64,000 nucleotides of DNA from Calditrichales bacterium (lineage in GTDB: Bacteria; Calditrichota; Calditrichia; Calditrichales; J004): assembly GCA_965267575.1 (NCBI GenBank), contig OZ254086.1:2592001-2656000 (forward strand), read 5' to 3'. How positions within the stretch are numbered: position 1 is the first letter of the stretch; each line of letters opens with the position of its first letter. Below the pieces are notes generated by a model. The model saw only the letters and a program-made list of their open reading frames with translations. It did not search any database and had not been told where the DNA came from. Position numbers and translations under genes: made by a program. Shown piece by piece: positions 46,471 to 56,279 of the stretch.

Positions 46471-49400
46471 TTACCTCATCAAGTACTCCAACACACCCTT
46501 CATAACTGCGTTGCGGTGGTGCTGGCCTCTGATGGTTTCAAAGGGAAAGCCAAAGGCCACAATACCATATTCATTTTTGTAAGCCGTGGCGGCGCTGAAG
46601 CCGTTTTCTTCATAACGCAAAATAGTGCGCGCACCGTTGGCAGGACCAATGGCATCGGGCGCTTCCACGCGGTAGATCTCGGCGTCGTAGTCCGTGTTAA
46701 ATGCGAATTTTCCCGGTAGCACAATCAGGCTGTCCGTACCATGGGCCGGAACGATGCCGCCTGTTTTTACGGCATGGTTGGTTACCCAGAAATAGCGCAG
46801 GATCTCCGTGGCAAACAGCGGGTCGGGATAAGGCTGCTTTGCCCGGGCAAACAGGTCGCTGGCAATGTAAGCGCCACTCACAAACAGGTTTCCGCCGCCT
46901 GAGAGATAGGAGCGCAAAGCCCGTTTCATCTGTTCGGGGAAGGTTTTGTAAGAGGTGCCGTAGAGCGAATCCATTTCGGCGCGCACATGGCGCGTTTCCT
47001 TCTCCTCGCCCATGATCAGGTCGATTACCGGGTAGTCCGAGGCATCAAAGTCGTTTTCCTGGAACGTCTCATCGCTCATGGAGACAAAGCCGTAGCCCGC
47101 TGCGCGGATCGCCTGTCCATGCACGTAAGGATACTCAAAACGGTTACCGGCAAAAACCTGCGTCTCCACGTCGGCGTAACTGGCGCCGTGTCCCGGCCGG
47201 TCATCACTTTGCCAGGGCTGGTCGCGCCAAAAGTTGAACTGCTCACCGACGTGGCCCAGGTCGTATTTATCGGGCACGCCGTTATCCAGGAAATAGGCAA
47301 ACCCCTGGAAGTTGTTTTCGTTGATCACCTGCGGAGCGGCCACGCGATCAAAGCCATTTACGACCAGCAGTGTTGGCGCGTCCGGCACGCGACAGACGCT
47401 CAGTACCTCGCTTGGAAAACTCTCGCCGCCTTCATTCAAAGCCGTCACTTTAAAGCTGTATAAAACGTTGGGCTCAAGATTGTCAATAACCAGCCCGCTA
47501 GAATCAACGGTCATCCCATTATCCCAACCGCCGTCTTCCACACGCCGGTATACGCGATAGCGTTTGGCTTCCGCGCTTGGTTCGATCGGGTCGCTGACCG
47601 GCTTCCAGCTTAAGCGCAGACTTCCGTCATCTTGAAACAGGGCGCTGAAATGATCCGGCGGTAAGGGCTGCACCACGTATTCGCGGCCTTCCTGGCCGGC
47701 GATAAAGCGCAGCAACGCTTTGTAAATGGAGCGCGAGGCGTCAAAACGGAATTTGGGATCAAGAGCGAAACGCATATCAAAAAAGTTCTGGTGCGAAAGC
47801 AGCTCCAGCAGCGCGGCCGGTACGTTGGGCCGGAAGGCTTCGCTGTATTGGGCTTCGCGCAATGCCCGCCGCCGCCATATGGGATCATACAGGGCGCGTA
47901 GGTCTTCGGTGAGCTGGGTCTGTAGAATGTCAGAAAAATCTCGGCTGGCCAGGCGCGACACGCCGTTGGGGAATTCCTCTTCGCCCTCGGAGCCGGTGAG
48001 GCTATAAATCAGCAATGTGCCAATGGTGGTGTCCTGCACAGTCACCCCGGCATCGGTGTGAAAAGCCAGCGAGGCATCGATGGGAATTTTAAGGCCCGGC
48101 ACGTCACGATTCACGTTGGGACCGCCCGGTGCGCCCTGCATATAATTAACCCACTCGCCGCGGCTTTGGTAATCGTCGCGGTAGTCGCTGTTTTCATTGA
48201 GATTGTAAACCAGGGTATCGGGGAAGCCTGCCGTTTGCAGCCAATAGCGGCTGCCTTCCACAAATTGCGGCCGGCCACTGGCACGATCGTTACGCAGCAC
48301 ACTGCCCATACCGCCGCCAAATTTCACGGCATCGGCAGCAACGGCGCCGCCAACCGTGTTGCTTTCGTTGCTTAAATGAACGCGACCCTGCTGTGGGTTA
48401 AAACCTTTTGCAAAATGGAATGTGCCCAGGTAAATCCAGGTGCCACCGCCCATCTGCTGGTTAACGCGGAACGCTGTTTTGCCGCCGCTATGGTGCACGG
48501 TGTAACGGGCGTCCGGAATATTTTGCGGGTGCGCCGGGTATGAAACATACACTGCGTACCAACCGCTGTCCGGGATGGCCGGGATGTAGTCGATGGAAGA
48601 GGACTCGACACTGTCGCTCGGTGCCAGCCGTGCGCTGCCGCTTTGGAATGGATTGAAGTTGACGGGGTAAGGCGGTGTGCCGATGGCGTATCCCGGGCCG
48701 GGCGCGTTTTGCCAGAGCTTGCCGTTTTCAAAGCGGTTTTCGCGGTAGCCGCCGGCCGGGTGACCGCTTTGCAGCGAATCATTATCTATGATTACCGCGT
48801 GGGTTTGCAGATCGCGTTCACGGGGTACAAAAGCATTTGCTCCGGCGTTTTCCAGCATGGGCAGCAGGTAGGGTAACACAAACGAGGCCGGTAAAAGGTC
48901 CTCTACCAGGCCAAACAGTCGCGCCCGTTGCCACAGCCAGCGGTCCATATCGGCGTTGTAATACCAGCCGTGGCTGTGCCATAACGCCACGTGGTTGCCG
49001 CTGAGACCTTTGTCAAAAGCCAGGTCGCGGCTCAGGTTGTACACCAAAGGAATTTGCTTTTCCGGCGGCCCGATACGGCTGCTGTCAATGGCGTTTTCTT
49101 CGCGATAGTAGTTGGGTATCAGCTGCTCAATGGGGTGGCCAAGGCTGCGCAGGGCAATCGAATAATTGTCGTAATCATCGATGGTCTTGCGCAGTTCGCT
49201 GTAAATGTCGCGCACGTTATCTTCACGGAACGGCAGGTACGAAAAAGCCTTGTTCAGGTCGATCTGAATGTGCCTGGCCTGCGCGTCGATGCGTATGCTG
49301 TCAATACGGGTACCAAGTGGAACAGCGACGGGGTATTCATTTTGCGCGCTGAACCATAAAAACTCTTCAACAGAGCGGTGCAGCTCACGGGTTTGTTCGT

Positions 49401-49503
49401 CCATGCCTGTATAGTCGTAGCTGGGCGCCTTTTTAACCCATTCAGGCTGGCAGGCAATAAAAAAGGCAATAAAGCTAAGAAAAAGGATTAGTTTCTGTTT
49501 CAT
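46471..49503 (-). CDS. Lipoprotein: GerMN-like region, Amidase_3 (N-acetylmuramoyl-L-alanine amidase) with inserted CBM-like domain, FN3, and a C-terminal GATase1-like region
   Basis: Lipobox FIAC; VPLGTRIDSI; HSHGW, EDL, AFHTDA, LLELLSH; LSWKPV...YRVY...YSFKVTALNEGGES. Confidence 0.75.
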   Translation of the reverse strand: MKQKLILFLSFIAFFIACQPEWVKKAPSYDYTGMDEQTRELHRSVEEFLWFSAQNEYPVAVPLGTRIDSIRIDAQARHIQIDLNKAFSYLPFREDNVRDIYSELRKTIDDYDNYSIALRSLGHPIEQLIPNYYREENAIDSSRIGPPEKQIPLVYNLSRDLAFDKGLSGNHVALWHSHGWYYNADMDRWLWQRARLFGLVEDLLPASFVLPYLLPMLENAGANAFVPRERDLQTHAVIIDNDSLQSGHPAGGYRENRFENGKLWQNAPGPGYAIGTPPYPVNFNPFQSGSARLAPSDSVESSSIDYIPAIPDSGWYAVYVSYPAHPQNIPDARYTVHHSGGKTAFRVNQQMGGGTWIYLGTFHFAKGFNPQQGRVHLSNESNTVGGAVAADAVKFGGGMGSVLRNDRASGRPQFVEGSRYWLQTAGFPDTLVYNLNENSDYRDDYQSRGEWVNYMQGAPGGPNVNRDVPGLKIPIDASLAFHTDAGVTVQDTTIGTLLIYSLTGSEGEEEFPNGVSRLASRDFSDILQTQLTEDLRALYDPIWRRRALREAQYSEAFRPNVPAALLELLSHQNFFDMRFALDPKFRFDASRSIYKALLRFIAGQEGREYVVQPLPPDHFSALFQDDGSLRLSWKPVSDPIEPSAEAKRYRVYRRVEDGGWDNGMTVDSSGLVIDNLEPNVLYSFKVTALNEGGESFPSEVLSVCRVPDAPTLLVVNGFDRVAAPQVINENNFQGFAYFLDNGVPDKYDLGHVGEQFNFWRDQPWQSDDRPGHGASYADVETQVFAGNRFEYPYVHGQAIRAAGYGFVSMSDETFQENDFDASDYPVIDLIMGEEKETRHVRAEMDSLYGTSYKTFPEQMKRALRSYLSGGGNLFVSGAYIASDLFARAKQPYPDPLFATEILRYFWVTNHAVKTGGIVPAHGTDSLIVLPGKFAFNTDYDAEIYRVEAPDAIGPANGARTILRYEENGFSAATAYKNEYGIVAFGFPFETIRGQHHRNAVMKGVLEYLMR

Positions 49504-49580
49504 AACGAGGCCGTTTATTTTTGAATGAATTAAAAAGTTTACTAAAATTCAAAAAACATTCAAACCATAAAATATAAGTT

Positions 49581-51536
49581 ATGCATCACTTTCCGCTTCT
49601 GTTTGATATAATCATCATTATTGGCCTCGGTGCTTTTGTGGCCGTCGTTTGCCAGCGCCTTCGTATACCTCCCATCGTGGGCTATCTCATTGCCGGTGCT
49701 TTTGTCGGGCCCTCGGGCCTCTCGCTTGTGGACGTGGATAAAGAAGTCCAGATGATGGCTGAAATTGGCGTTGTTATGCTGATGTTTAACATCGGTTTGG
49801 AGTTTTCCCTAAAGCATCTGGCGCGTATCGGCCGCTCGGTGGTGGTGGGCGGTGGGCTGCAAGTGGGTGTAACCACGCTTATCATTTTTGGAATTGCAAA
49901 ATATTTTGGCCTGGGCAATGCCCAAAGCCTTTTCCTTGGTTTCCTGGGATCACTTAGCAGCACGGCGATTGTACTTAGCCAGCTTCAAAAACAGGCCGCT
50001 TTAGACGCGCCACATGGCAAGATCAGCCTGGGTATCCTCATCTTCCAGGATATCATCATTGTCCCGATGATGCTGTTTGTGCCGTTCCTGAGCGGCGCAG
50101 AAACACCCGATCCTAAAAATCTTATGCTGCTGGGGCTGAAGGCAGGCGGGCTGCTGCTGTTTGTCTGGCTTGGGGCGCGATTCCTGATCCCCCGCTTGCT
50201 TTATATTGTAGCGCGCGGACGCAACCGCGAATTGTTTTTGTTGACCATTGTTTTTCTGGTTTTCGGCATCGCCCTGCTCAGCGCGGAGCTGGGTCTGTCC
50301 CTGGCACTGGGCGCCTTCCTTGCCGGCCTGATGATTTCGGAGTCGGAATACAGCCACGATGCCGTTTCGCACATTTTGCCGTTCCGCGACATTTTTATCA
50401 GCATATTTTTTGTATCCGTCGGCATGCTACTGGACTTGCGCAGCGTGGCTGCCTACTGGGAGTGGATTCTGCTGGTCGTGGGTCTCATATTTCTTATAAA
50501 GTTTTTAACGGGAACTATCGCCAGTCTCGCTGTCGGTTTTCCTTTGCGGATTTCTTTTTTGGCCGCGGTTGCCCTTGCCCAGGTGGGAGAATTTTCGTTT
50601 ATCCTCGCTGAAGTTGGACTGGACTATGGCTTAATCGATGACAATGCTTACCAGGTGTTTTTATCAGCCACGGTTATTACAATGATAGCCGCGCCCTTTA
50701 TGATTCAATACGGAAAGCATACCGGGCGCTTTGCAGAAAAGCTGGCCTTTTTGCCATATTTGCGCGAAGGCAAGATGGTCAATGATGGGCAAGAAGGGCG
50801 TAAGCTGAGTAACCATCTTATTATCCTTGGTTTTGGTGTCATCGGCCGACACATGGCAAAAGCCGCGAAAGATGCTGAGATTCCCTATGTGGTGATGGAG
50901 CTGAATGCCGAAACCGTACGTAAAGAAAGCGCCGCCGGCGAACCGATTTTTTACGGTGATGCAAGCTATCCCAACGTTTTAGAGCATATTGGGGTAGCGC
51001 AGGCCCGCGCTCTTGTAATTGCCATTTCCGATGTGGCGGCGGCGCGCCGGGCCGTATTTCTCTCCAAGCTCAACAACCCGGATCTATGGGTGGTCGTGCG
51101 TGCACGTTATGTGACTGAGCTGGAGCCGCTGCTTGAACTGGGTGCCGACGAAGTCGTGGTGGAGGAGTATGAAGCCTCGGTTAAAATGTTTGACCGCGTT
51201 CTCTCCCTCTACAAAGTGGATGACAGGCTGGCCCAGAGAATCCGTGATTCTATACGCCACAAGAGTCATGCAGACTTATCCACGGTAAAAGAAGAACGAG
51301 CACATTTTAAGACAATCTATATTGAGGCCGGGTCGCCCCTGGACAATAAGAGAGTTGCGCCGGGAGATAGCTATCTGGAAGAAAAAGTTGAGATTATTGC
51401 TATAGAAAAGGACGAGAAACTCTTCCGCAAAACGGGTGAAAAAGCAACCCTTAAGGCCGGCACAAAACTTATCGTTTACGGCCGGCCCGGGGCTATTTCG
51501 GAGTTCGAAGAAAAAATAAAAAGAGCAGAGCTTTAA
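49581..51536 (+). CDS. CPA2 family K+/H+ antiporter (KefB/KefC-like) with TrkA-N and TrkA-C domains
   Basis: IGLEFS, SLSSTAIV, LIFQD, LGAFLAG, QVGEFSF, GFGVIG, YGDA. Confidence 0.92.
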   Translation: MHHFPLLFDIIIIIGLGAFVAVVCQRLRIPPIVGYLIAGAFVGPSGLSLVDVDKEVQMMAEIGVVMLMFNIGLEFSLKHLARIGRSVVVGGGLQVGVTTLIIFGIAKYFGLGNAQSLFLGFLGSLSSTAIVLSQLQKQAALDAPHGKISLGILIFQDIIIVPMMLFVPFLSGAETPDPKNLMLLGLKAGGLLLFVWLGARFLIPRLLYIVARGRNRELFLLTIVFLVFGIALLSAELGLSLALGAFLAGLMISESEYSHDAVSHILPFRDIFISIFFVSVGMLLDLRSVAAYWEWILLVVGLIFLIKFLTGTIASLAVGFPLRISFLAAVALAQVGEFSFILAEVGLDYGLIDDNAYQVFLSATVITMIAAPFMIQYGKHTGRFAEKLAFLPYLREGKMVNDGQEGRKLSNHLIILGFGVIGRHMAKAAKDAEIPYVVMELNAETVRKESAAGEPIFYGDASYPNVLEHIGVAQARALVIAISDVAAARRAVFLSKLNNPDLWVVVRARYVTELEPLLELGADEVVVEEYEASVKMFDRVLSLYKVDDRLAQRIRDSIRHKSHADLSTVKEERAHFKTIYIEAGSPLDNKRVAPGDSYLEEKVEIIAIEKDEKLFRKTGEKATLKAGTKLIVYGRPGAISEFEEKIKRAEL

Positions 51537-52525
51537 CGGATAAGTACCATTTTCTGCATTTCGTTAAAGCCGTTGCCGGTTACCTGCAGATAATAAACTC
51601 CAGAAGCAACCTGAACCTGCGCGTGGTTGCTGCCATCCCAGGTAAATGTATGTTTTCCCGCGGACAAACCGCCATTATGCAGCGTTTTTACCAATTCACC
51701 CGCGCTGTCGTAAATATGTATCTGTATATTTTGTAACGCTTTTTGCAGGCGCAGCGGTATGTTGGTGGAAGGGTTAAAAGGGTTGGGATAGTTTGCCAGC
51801 ATGGTGATTTCGCGGGGAAGAATTTGCTGCGGCTTTTCGATGGATGTGGCCGGTGAATACCACACTTCCAGTTGCGGCCGCTGACTTGCCGTTGCGTTTT
51901 CGTGGCTGTCAAAGCGCTTGGTTGTAACGTTCGTGGATTCGTTACCTTTTAGCAGCCAGCCATGGTTGCGCTCGGGATGCTCGTACCAATCGTTTACATC
52001 TTCCGCCATTTCCGATGACATCCAGCTGTAACCGCCAATGCCGCCCACAACCGCGCTGGCGCTGGGCGTATTATCAAAATCGCCGCCGGCATTGCTCCAA
52101 AGCGAATCTTCATAAAAGCGGTGTATCCAGGTGGCGTCTCCTTCTGCCGAGGCCGTTCCCGAGCCTTCGTTACTGCCGGCATCAGAGCTGCCTTCACCCC
52201 AGGAATCCTCAAGTTCATGCAACGTGATGGTCTCATTTCCGGCACGGCTTTTGGACATATGCAGGGTTAACCGCACGCTGTCTATCTTGCTGTCGGCCGG
52301 GACGAACTGCCCAATATCAAAATGTATAACAGCACGCCTCAAAGATCCCGTGTTCGTACTCCCGACAAAAAAATGGGCACCGGAACCGTTGCTTACAGCC
52401 CCGTCGTTGTCTTCGTACAAAGTATTATCTTTGCTGGCGCCCAGTGTCACTTTTTGTGATTGAGCGTTGAGTCCGGAAACAACAAAAAAACTTAATAAAA
52501 CTATGGTTAGTATTGATTTGATCAT
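51533..52525 (-). CDS. Secreted DNRLRE-domain protein with FlgD/CTD-like C-terminus
   Basis: Signal peptide; KDNTLYE, RRAVIHFD, WGEG..ATW, NHGWLL, RPQLEV; NYPNPFNPST, WDG, ASGVYY, KMVLIR. Confidence 0.8.
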   Translation of the reverse strand: MIKSILTIVLLSFFVVSGLNAQSQKVTLGASKDNTLYEDNDGAVSNGSGAHFFVGSTNTGSLRRAVIHFDIGQFVPADSKIDSVRLTLHMSKSRAGNETITLHELEDSWGEGSSDAGSNEGSGTASAEGDATWIHRFYEDSLWSNAGGDFDNTPSASAVVGGIGGYSWMSSEMAEDVNDWYEHPERNHGWLLKGNESTNVTTKRFDSHENATASQRPQLEVWYSPATSIEKPQQILPREITMLANYPNPFNPSTNIPLRLQKALQNIQIHIYDSAGELVKTLHNGGLSAGKHTFTWDGSNHAQVQVASGVYYLQVTGNGFNEMQKMVLIR

Positions 52526-52630
52526 GGGTTTCTCCTTCTGTTTCTGTTTTTGTCAAAATGATTATATCAGGTCTGTTATTCCTCACGAAATTATAAAGCC
52601 TTCGGCACCGTTAAGAAGAGAGATTACGGT

Positions 52631-52659
52631 TTGACAGAATAAACCGGATTGTGTAAATT
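52631..52659 (+). promoter_or_regulatory. Sigma-70 promoter of ffs-dnaX
   Basis: TTGACA-N17-TAAATT. Confidence 0.7.
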
Positions 52660-52687
52660 TTACGGCTTACGTTACGAAATAAAAACT

Positions 52688-52786
<99 letters not shown>

Positions 52787-52806
52787 TTTCTTTAAAAGGC
52801 AGATTT

Positions 52807-54390
52807 ATGTCATATGTTGTAATTGCCCGAAGATACAGGCCGCAGCAATTTAATGAAATAGTCGGCCAGGAGCATATTACGCGAACCCTCTCCAATGCGA
52901 TCGCCAGCGGGCGTCTGGGACAGGCATACATATTCTCCGGCCCGCGCGGTGTGGGCAAAACAACCACAGCACGCATACTTGCTATGGCGCTTAATTGTCC
53001 CGACGGCCCCAGTGCCACACCGGATATCACAAGTCCTGTATGCCAGGCCATCATCCAGGGTAAGTCGATGGATGTAATGGAGATAGACGGTGCTTCCAAC
53101 CGGCGCATCGAGGAAGTACGCAATTTACGCGAAAATATCAACTACACGCCCAGCGAAGGCAAGTACCGCATCTACATCATCGACGAAGTACACATGCTTA
53201 CCAATGAAGCGTTCAACGCGCTGCTGAAAACCCTGGAAGAGCCGCCACGGCACGCCGTATTTATTTTTGCCACAACCGAAATTCACAAAGTACCGGCAAC
53301 GATCCTTTCAAGATGCCAGCGTTTTGATTTCCGACGCATACCTTTGCAGACAATTACAGGGCATTTGAAAAATATCTGTGAACAGGAAAACATCGAGATT
53401 GAAGCAGACGCCATTTTGCAGATCGCCAAAAAAGCCGATGGTTCAATGCGTGACGCTCAGAGCATTCTTGACCAGATCATTTCTTTCAGCGGCAGTAATG
53501 TGACTCTGCAACACGTCAACCAGGCTTTCGGTTTAATCGATCCGGAAATGTTTTTCCGCTTCAGCGATTTGATCCATGCGGCTGATCTGAAAGGCATTTT
53601 GCAGCTGGCGCGCGAGGTGTTTACCAGCGGTTTAGATCTTAACGAGGTTTTGATGGGGCTGGAAGAGCATTTGCGCAATTTCCTGGTGGCACGCACGATG
53701 AAGTCGGTGGAATTGCTGGACGTAAGTGATGCGCTGGCCAAAAAATATGCCGGGCAGTTGGAGCAATTTAGTGAAAACGATCTGGTCGCCTATCTGAATA
53801 TCCTGACACAGGCGCTGACCGATATGAAATACGCCCAGCAACCCTACCTCAAATTTGAATTGGCCCTGGTTAAAATGGCTAAGATGCCTTCGTCGCACAA
53901 CCTGGAAACTATTCTGGAAAAACTCGCTGTTCTAAAAAAAAAAGACCTGACGTCTCCGGAAGCTGAAGACGGGAACGATAACAATCTTGCCAAAGAGCAG
54001 CCTGTTGTACACGATATAAAGTATGTGCGCGGCCAATGGTCTGAACTTGAAAAAAAAATCCACGCGTTAAAACCAACCCTGGCCAACCTGCTTGCGCTTA
54101 TCCGTCTTGATCGTCTCGAAGACAAAGAACTGTTTGTGGAAATCGAATGCAATAACGGTCAAAAAAACCTTATTGAAAAAAATCTTTCACTGATTGAAAC
54201 GGAGTTGTCCCGGCTGGCGGGAGTACCTCTGCGGATCAATGCCGCTTTTAAGCTGGTAAAAAGAGAAGCGCGCAAAAAAGCAAAAAACGATCAGAACCGA
54301 AAAGAGCTGGAAGAAAAGTTTAACACGCTTCGGCAGGAAGACCCTTTCTTTAATAAAATGGTAGAAGAGCTGGGTCTGGAGCTGGAGTAA
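52807..54390 (+). CDS. dnaX: DNA polymerase III subunit gamma/tau
   Basis: ARRYRPQQF, GPRGVGKTT, EIDGAS, IIDEVHML, LLKTLEEPP, SRC. Confidence 0.96.
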   Translation: MSYVVIARRYRPQQFNEIVGQEHITRTLSNAIASGRLGQAYIFSGPRGVGKTTTARILAMALNCPDGPSATPDITSPVCQAIIQGKSMDVMEIDGASNRRIEEVRNLRENINYTPSEGKYRIYIIDEVHMLTNEAFNALLKTLEEPPRHAVFIFATTEIHKVPATILSRCQRFDFRRIPLQTITGHLKNICEQENIEIEADAILQIAKKADGSMRDAQSILDQIISFSGSNVTLQHVNQAFGLIDPEMFFRFSDLIHAADLKGILQLAREVFTSGLDLNEVLMGLEEHLRNFLVARTMKSVELLDVSDALAKKYAGQLEQFSENDLVAYLNILTQALTDMKYAQQPYLKFELALVKMAKMPSSHNLETILEKLAVLKKKDLTSPEAEDGNDNNLAKEQPVVHDIKYVRGQWSELEKKIHALKPTLANLLALIRLDRLEDKELFVEIECNNGQKNLIEKNLSLIETELSRLAGVPLRINAAFKLVKREARKKAKNDQNRKELEEKFNTLRQEDPFFNKMVEELGLELE

Positions 54391-54409
54391 TTTGTAAGGA
54401 GAAATTTCG

Positions 54410-54736
54410 ATGAATATGAATAACCTGCTAAAGCAAGCACAAAAAATGCAGGAAGATATGAAAAAGGTGCAGGACGGCCTGAAGAATATTACGGTTACAG
54501 GTACTGCCGGTGGCGGCATGGTGACCGTGGAAGCCAACTGCAAGCTGGAAATCCTGAGCGTCAAAATTGAGCAGGAAGTTTTTGAGGACGACAAGGATAT
54601 GCTGGAAGACCTGGTTGCGGCTGCTACAAATCAGGCTATTAGCAATGCCCAGGAACGTGCCAATGAAGAGATGCAGAAGGTAACCGGTGGTCTGCTCTCC
54701 AACCTTCCCGGTAATCTCAATATCCCCGGAATGTAA
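54410..54736 (+). CDS. ybaB: YbaB/EbfC nucleoid-associated protein
   Basis: LKQAQKMQ, GTAGGGMV, MLEDLVAAA; between dnaX and recR. Confidence 0.95.
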   Translation: MNMNNLLKQAQKMQEDMKKVQDGLKNITVTGTAGGGMVTVEANCKLEILSVKIEQEVFEDDKDMLEDLVAAATNQAISNAQERANEEMQKVTGGLLSNLPGNLNIPGM

Positions 54737-54740
54737 TTAA

Positions 54741-55343
54741 ATGAACGAATTCCACATTAAAGCGCTGGATGACCTGCTGGAGCAACTGGCGCAACTGCCC
54801 GGAATTGGCCGCAAAACCGCCCAGAGACTAGCAGTATTTATCCTGAAAAGTGACAAAGGGTATGCCCAGAGTTTGTCCCGCGCCATTGAAGCCGTTCAAA
54901 CCGAAACACGCCTCTGTGCGCGCTGCTTTAACATTGCCGACCGGGAGCTGTGCGCCGTTTGCCGCAATGAGCGTCGCGACCGTTCGCGTATCTGTGTTGT
55001 GGAGGATATCGTCGACCTGATGGCGATCGAGTCGTCACAGGCTTATGACGGTGTATATCATGTGCTTGGCGGTGTTATTTCTCCGCTGGCCGGTGTTTCC
55101 GCCAACGATCTCAAAATCCGTGAATTGCTGGAAAGGGTAGAGCAGGGCGATATTCAGGAAGTATTAATGGCACTGAATATGAGCACGGAAGGCGAGGCGA
55201 CGATGATATACCTGAGCAAATTGCTTCGAGACAAAAACGTGGAGCTAAGCAGGATAGCTCACGGTGTGCCAATGGGCTCCCACCTCGAATTTGTGGATCA
55301 GACCACCATCGGGCGCGCTATTACCGGGCGTCAGCGTTTATAA
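54741..55343 (+). CDS. recR: Recombination mediator RecR
   Basis: LPGIGRKTAQR, CARC..CAVC zinc finger, YHVLGG, TEGEAT. Confidence 0.96.
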   Translation: MNEFHIKALDDLLEQLAQLPGIGRKTAQRLAVFILKSDKGYAQSLSRAIEAVQTETRLCARCFNIADRELCAVCRNERRDRSRICVVEDIVDLMAIESSQAYDGVYHVLGGVISPLAGVSANDLKIRELLERVEQGDIQEVLMALNMSTEGEATMIYLSKLLRDKNVELSRIAHGVPMGSHLEFVDQTTIGRAITGRQRL

Positions 55344-56249
55344 AATCCACTCCCAGTCTTCCGTACCCAGCTCGCAGTTGGGGAAAAGCTCGCGGGCATT
55401 CTTTTCGATTTCGCGCAAATCTTCATCCGAATGAGAAGGATTGTGGTGAAACAGCAGCAGCTTTTTCACATTGGCCTGTTGCGCCACATCGCAGGCAGAA
55501 ACGAACGTACTGTGACCGTAACCGGCAAACATTTTATATTGCTCTTCGGTGTATTGGGCGTCGTGTACCATTACATCTGCGCCCTGTGCAAATTTTACCA
55601 GCCGCTGGTCGCCGCCGATATACTGCTCTACATCCGTGGCGTAAACAAATTTCTTATCGGTCCACTCCGTGCGATACAGATAGCTGCCGTCTTTAGGATG
55701 GAAATAATATTTCATATTGTGGATTGTTAATTCGCGAGGCGACGGTAGTTTTTCCATGCTGTGCGCCACTTTGGGCGAGCCGCCCTCCGGCACGGTATAA
55801 ATCACCATATTTTCGCTGATATTCTGAAATTCCTTTGTGGAGCGGAATTCATCCATCCCCACGGGAAAGTATTGCGGCGCAACGAAATTACGCAGGATAT
55901 CCTCAAACCCCACACCCAGGGTGGCCGGCCCAAAAAAATGTATAAAAACCCCCGGCATATATAACGGCGCAAAAAACGGCAAACCAATCAGGTGGTCCGA
56001 ATGCGTATGTGTAAATATGAACGTTATATGGAAGGGTTTATCTGTCTTTTTCTGGTGTGCAAGGATTTCGGGGATCAGTTCTTTCCCCAGTTTGATAACG
56101 CCGCTGCCGGCGTCAAAAATTATGATATTATTGGGGGTTCGGATAAGAACGCAGGGTGTATTTCCTCCGATTTGTGTTCCTTCCGGCGAGGCAACGGGAT
56201 AGCTGCCGCGTACACCATATAATTTTACCTTGAAGTGAAAGTCACCCAT
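55338..56249 (-). CDS. MBL-fold metallo-hydrolase (RNase Z/ElaC-like clade)
   Basis: GVRGS, GGNTPC, DAGSG, THTHSDH, ATD, HDAQY, GHS, FHH. Confidence 0.9.
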   Translation of the reverse strand: MGDFHFKVKLYGVRGSYPVASPEGTQIGGNTPCVLIRTPNNIIIFDAGSGVIKLGKELIPEILAHQKKTDKPFHITFIFTHTHSDHLIGLPFFAPLYMPGVFIHFFGPATLGVGFEDILRNFVAPQYFPVGMDEFRSTKEFQNISENMVIYTVPEGGSPKVAHSMEKLPSPRELTIHNMKYYFHPKDGSYLYRTEWTDKKFVYATDVEQYIGGDQRLVKFAQGADVMVHDAQYTEEQYKMFAGYGHSTFVSACDVAQQANVKKLLLFHHNPSHSDEDLREIEKNARELFPNCELGTEDWEWIL

Positions 56250-56279
56250 CAGCACAATCCTCTTTTTTCCGTGTCGGTT

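Noticed and set aside
51533..51800. Evidence for a type IX secretion system
   Set aside because: The NYPNPFNP/FlgD-like tail is CTD-like, but no T9SS machinery gene was recognised in the window
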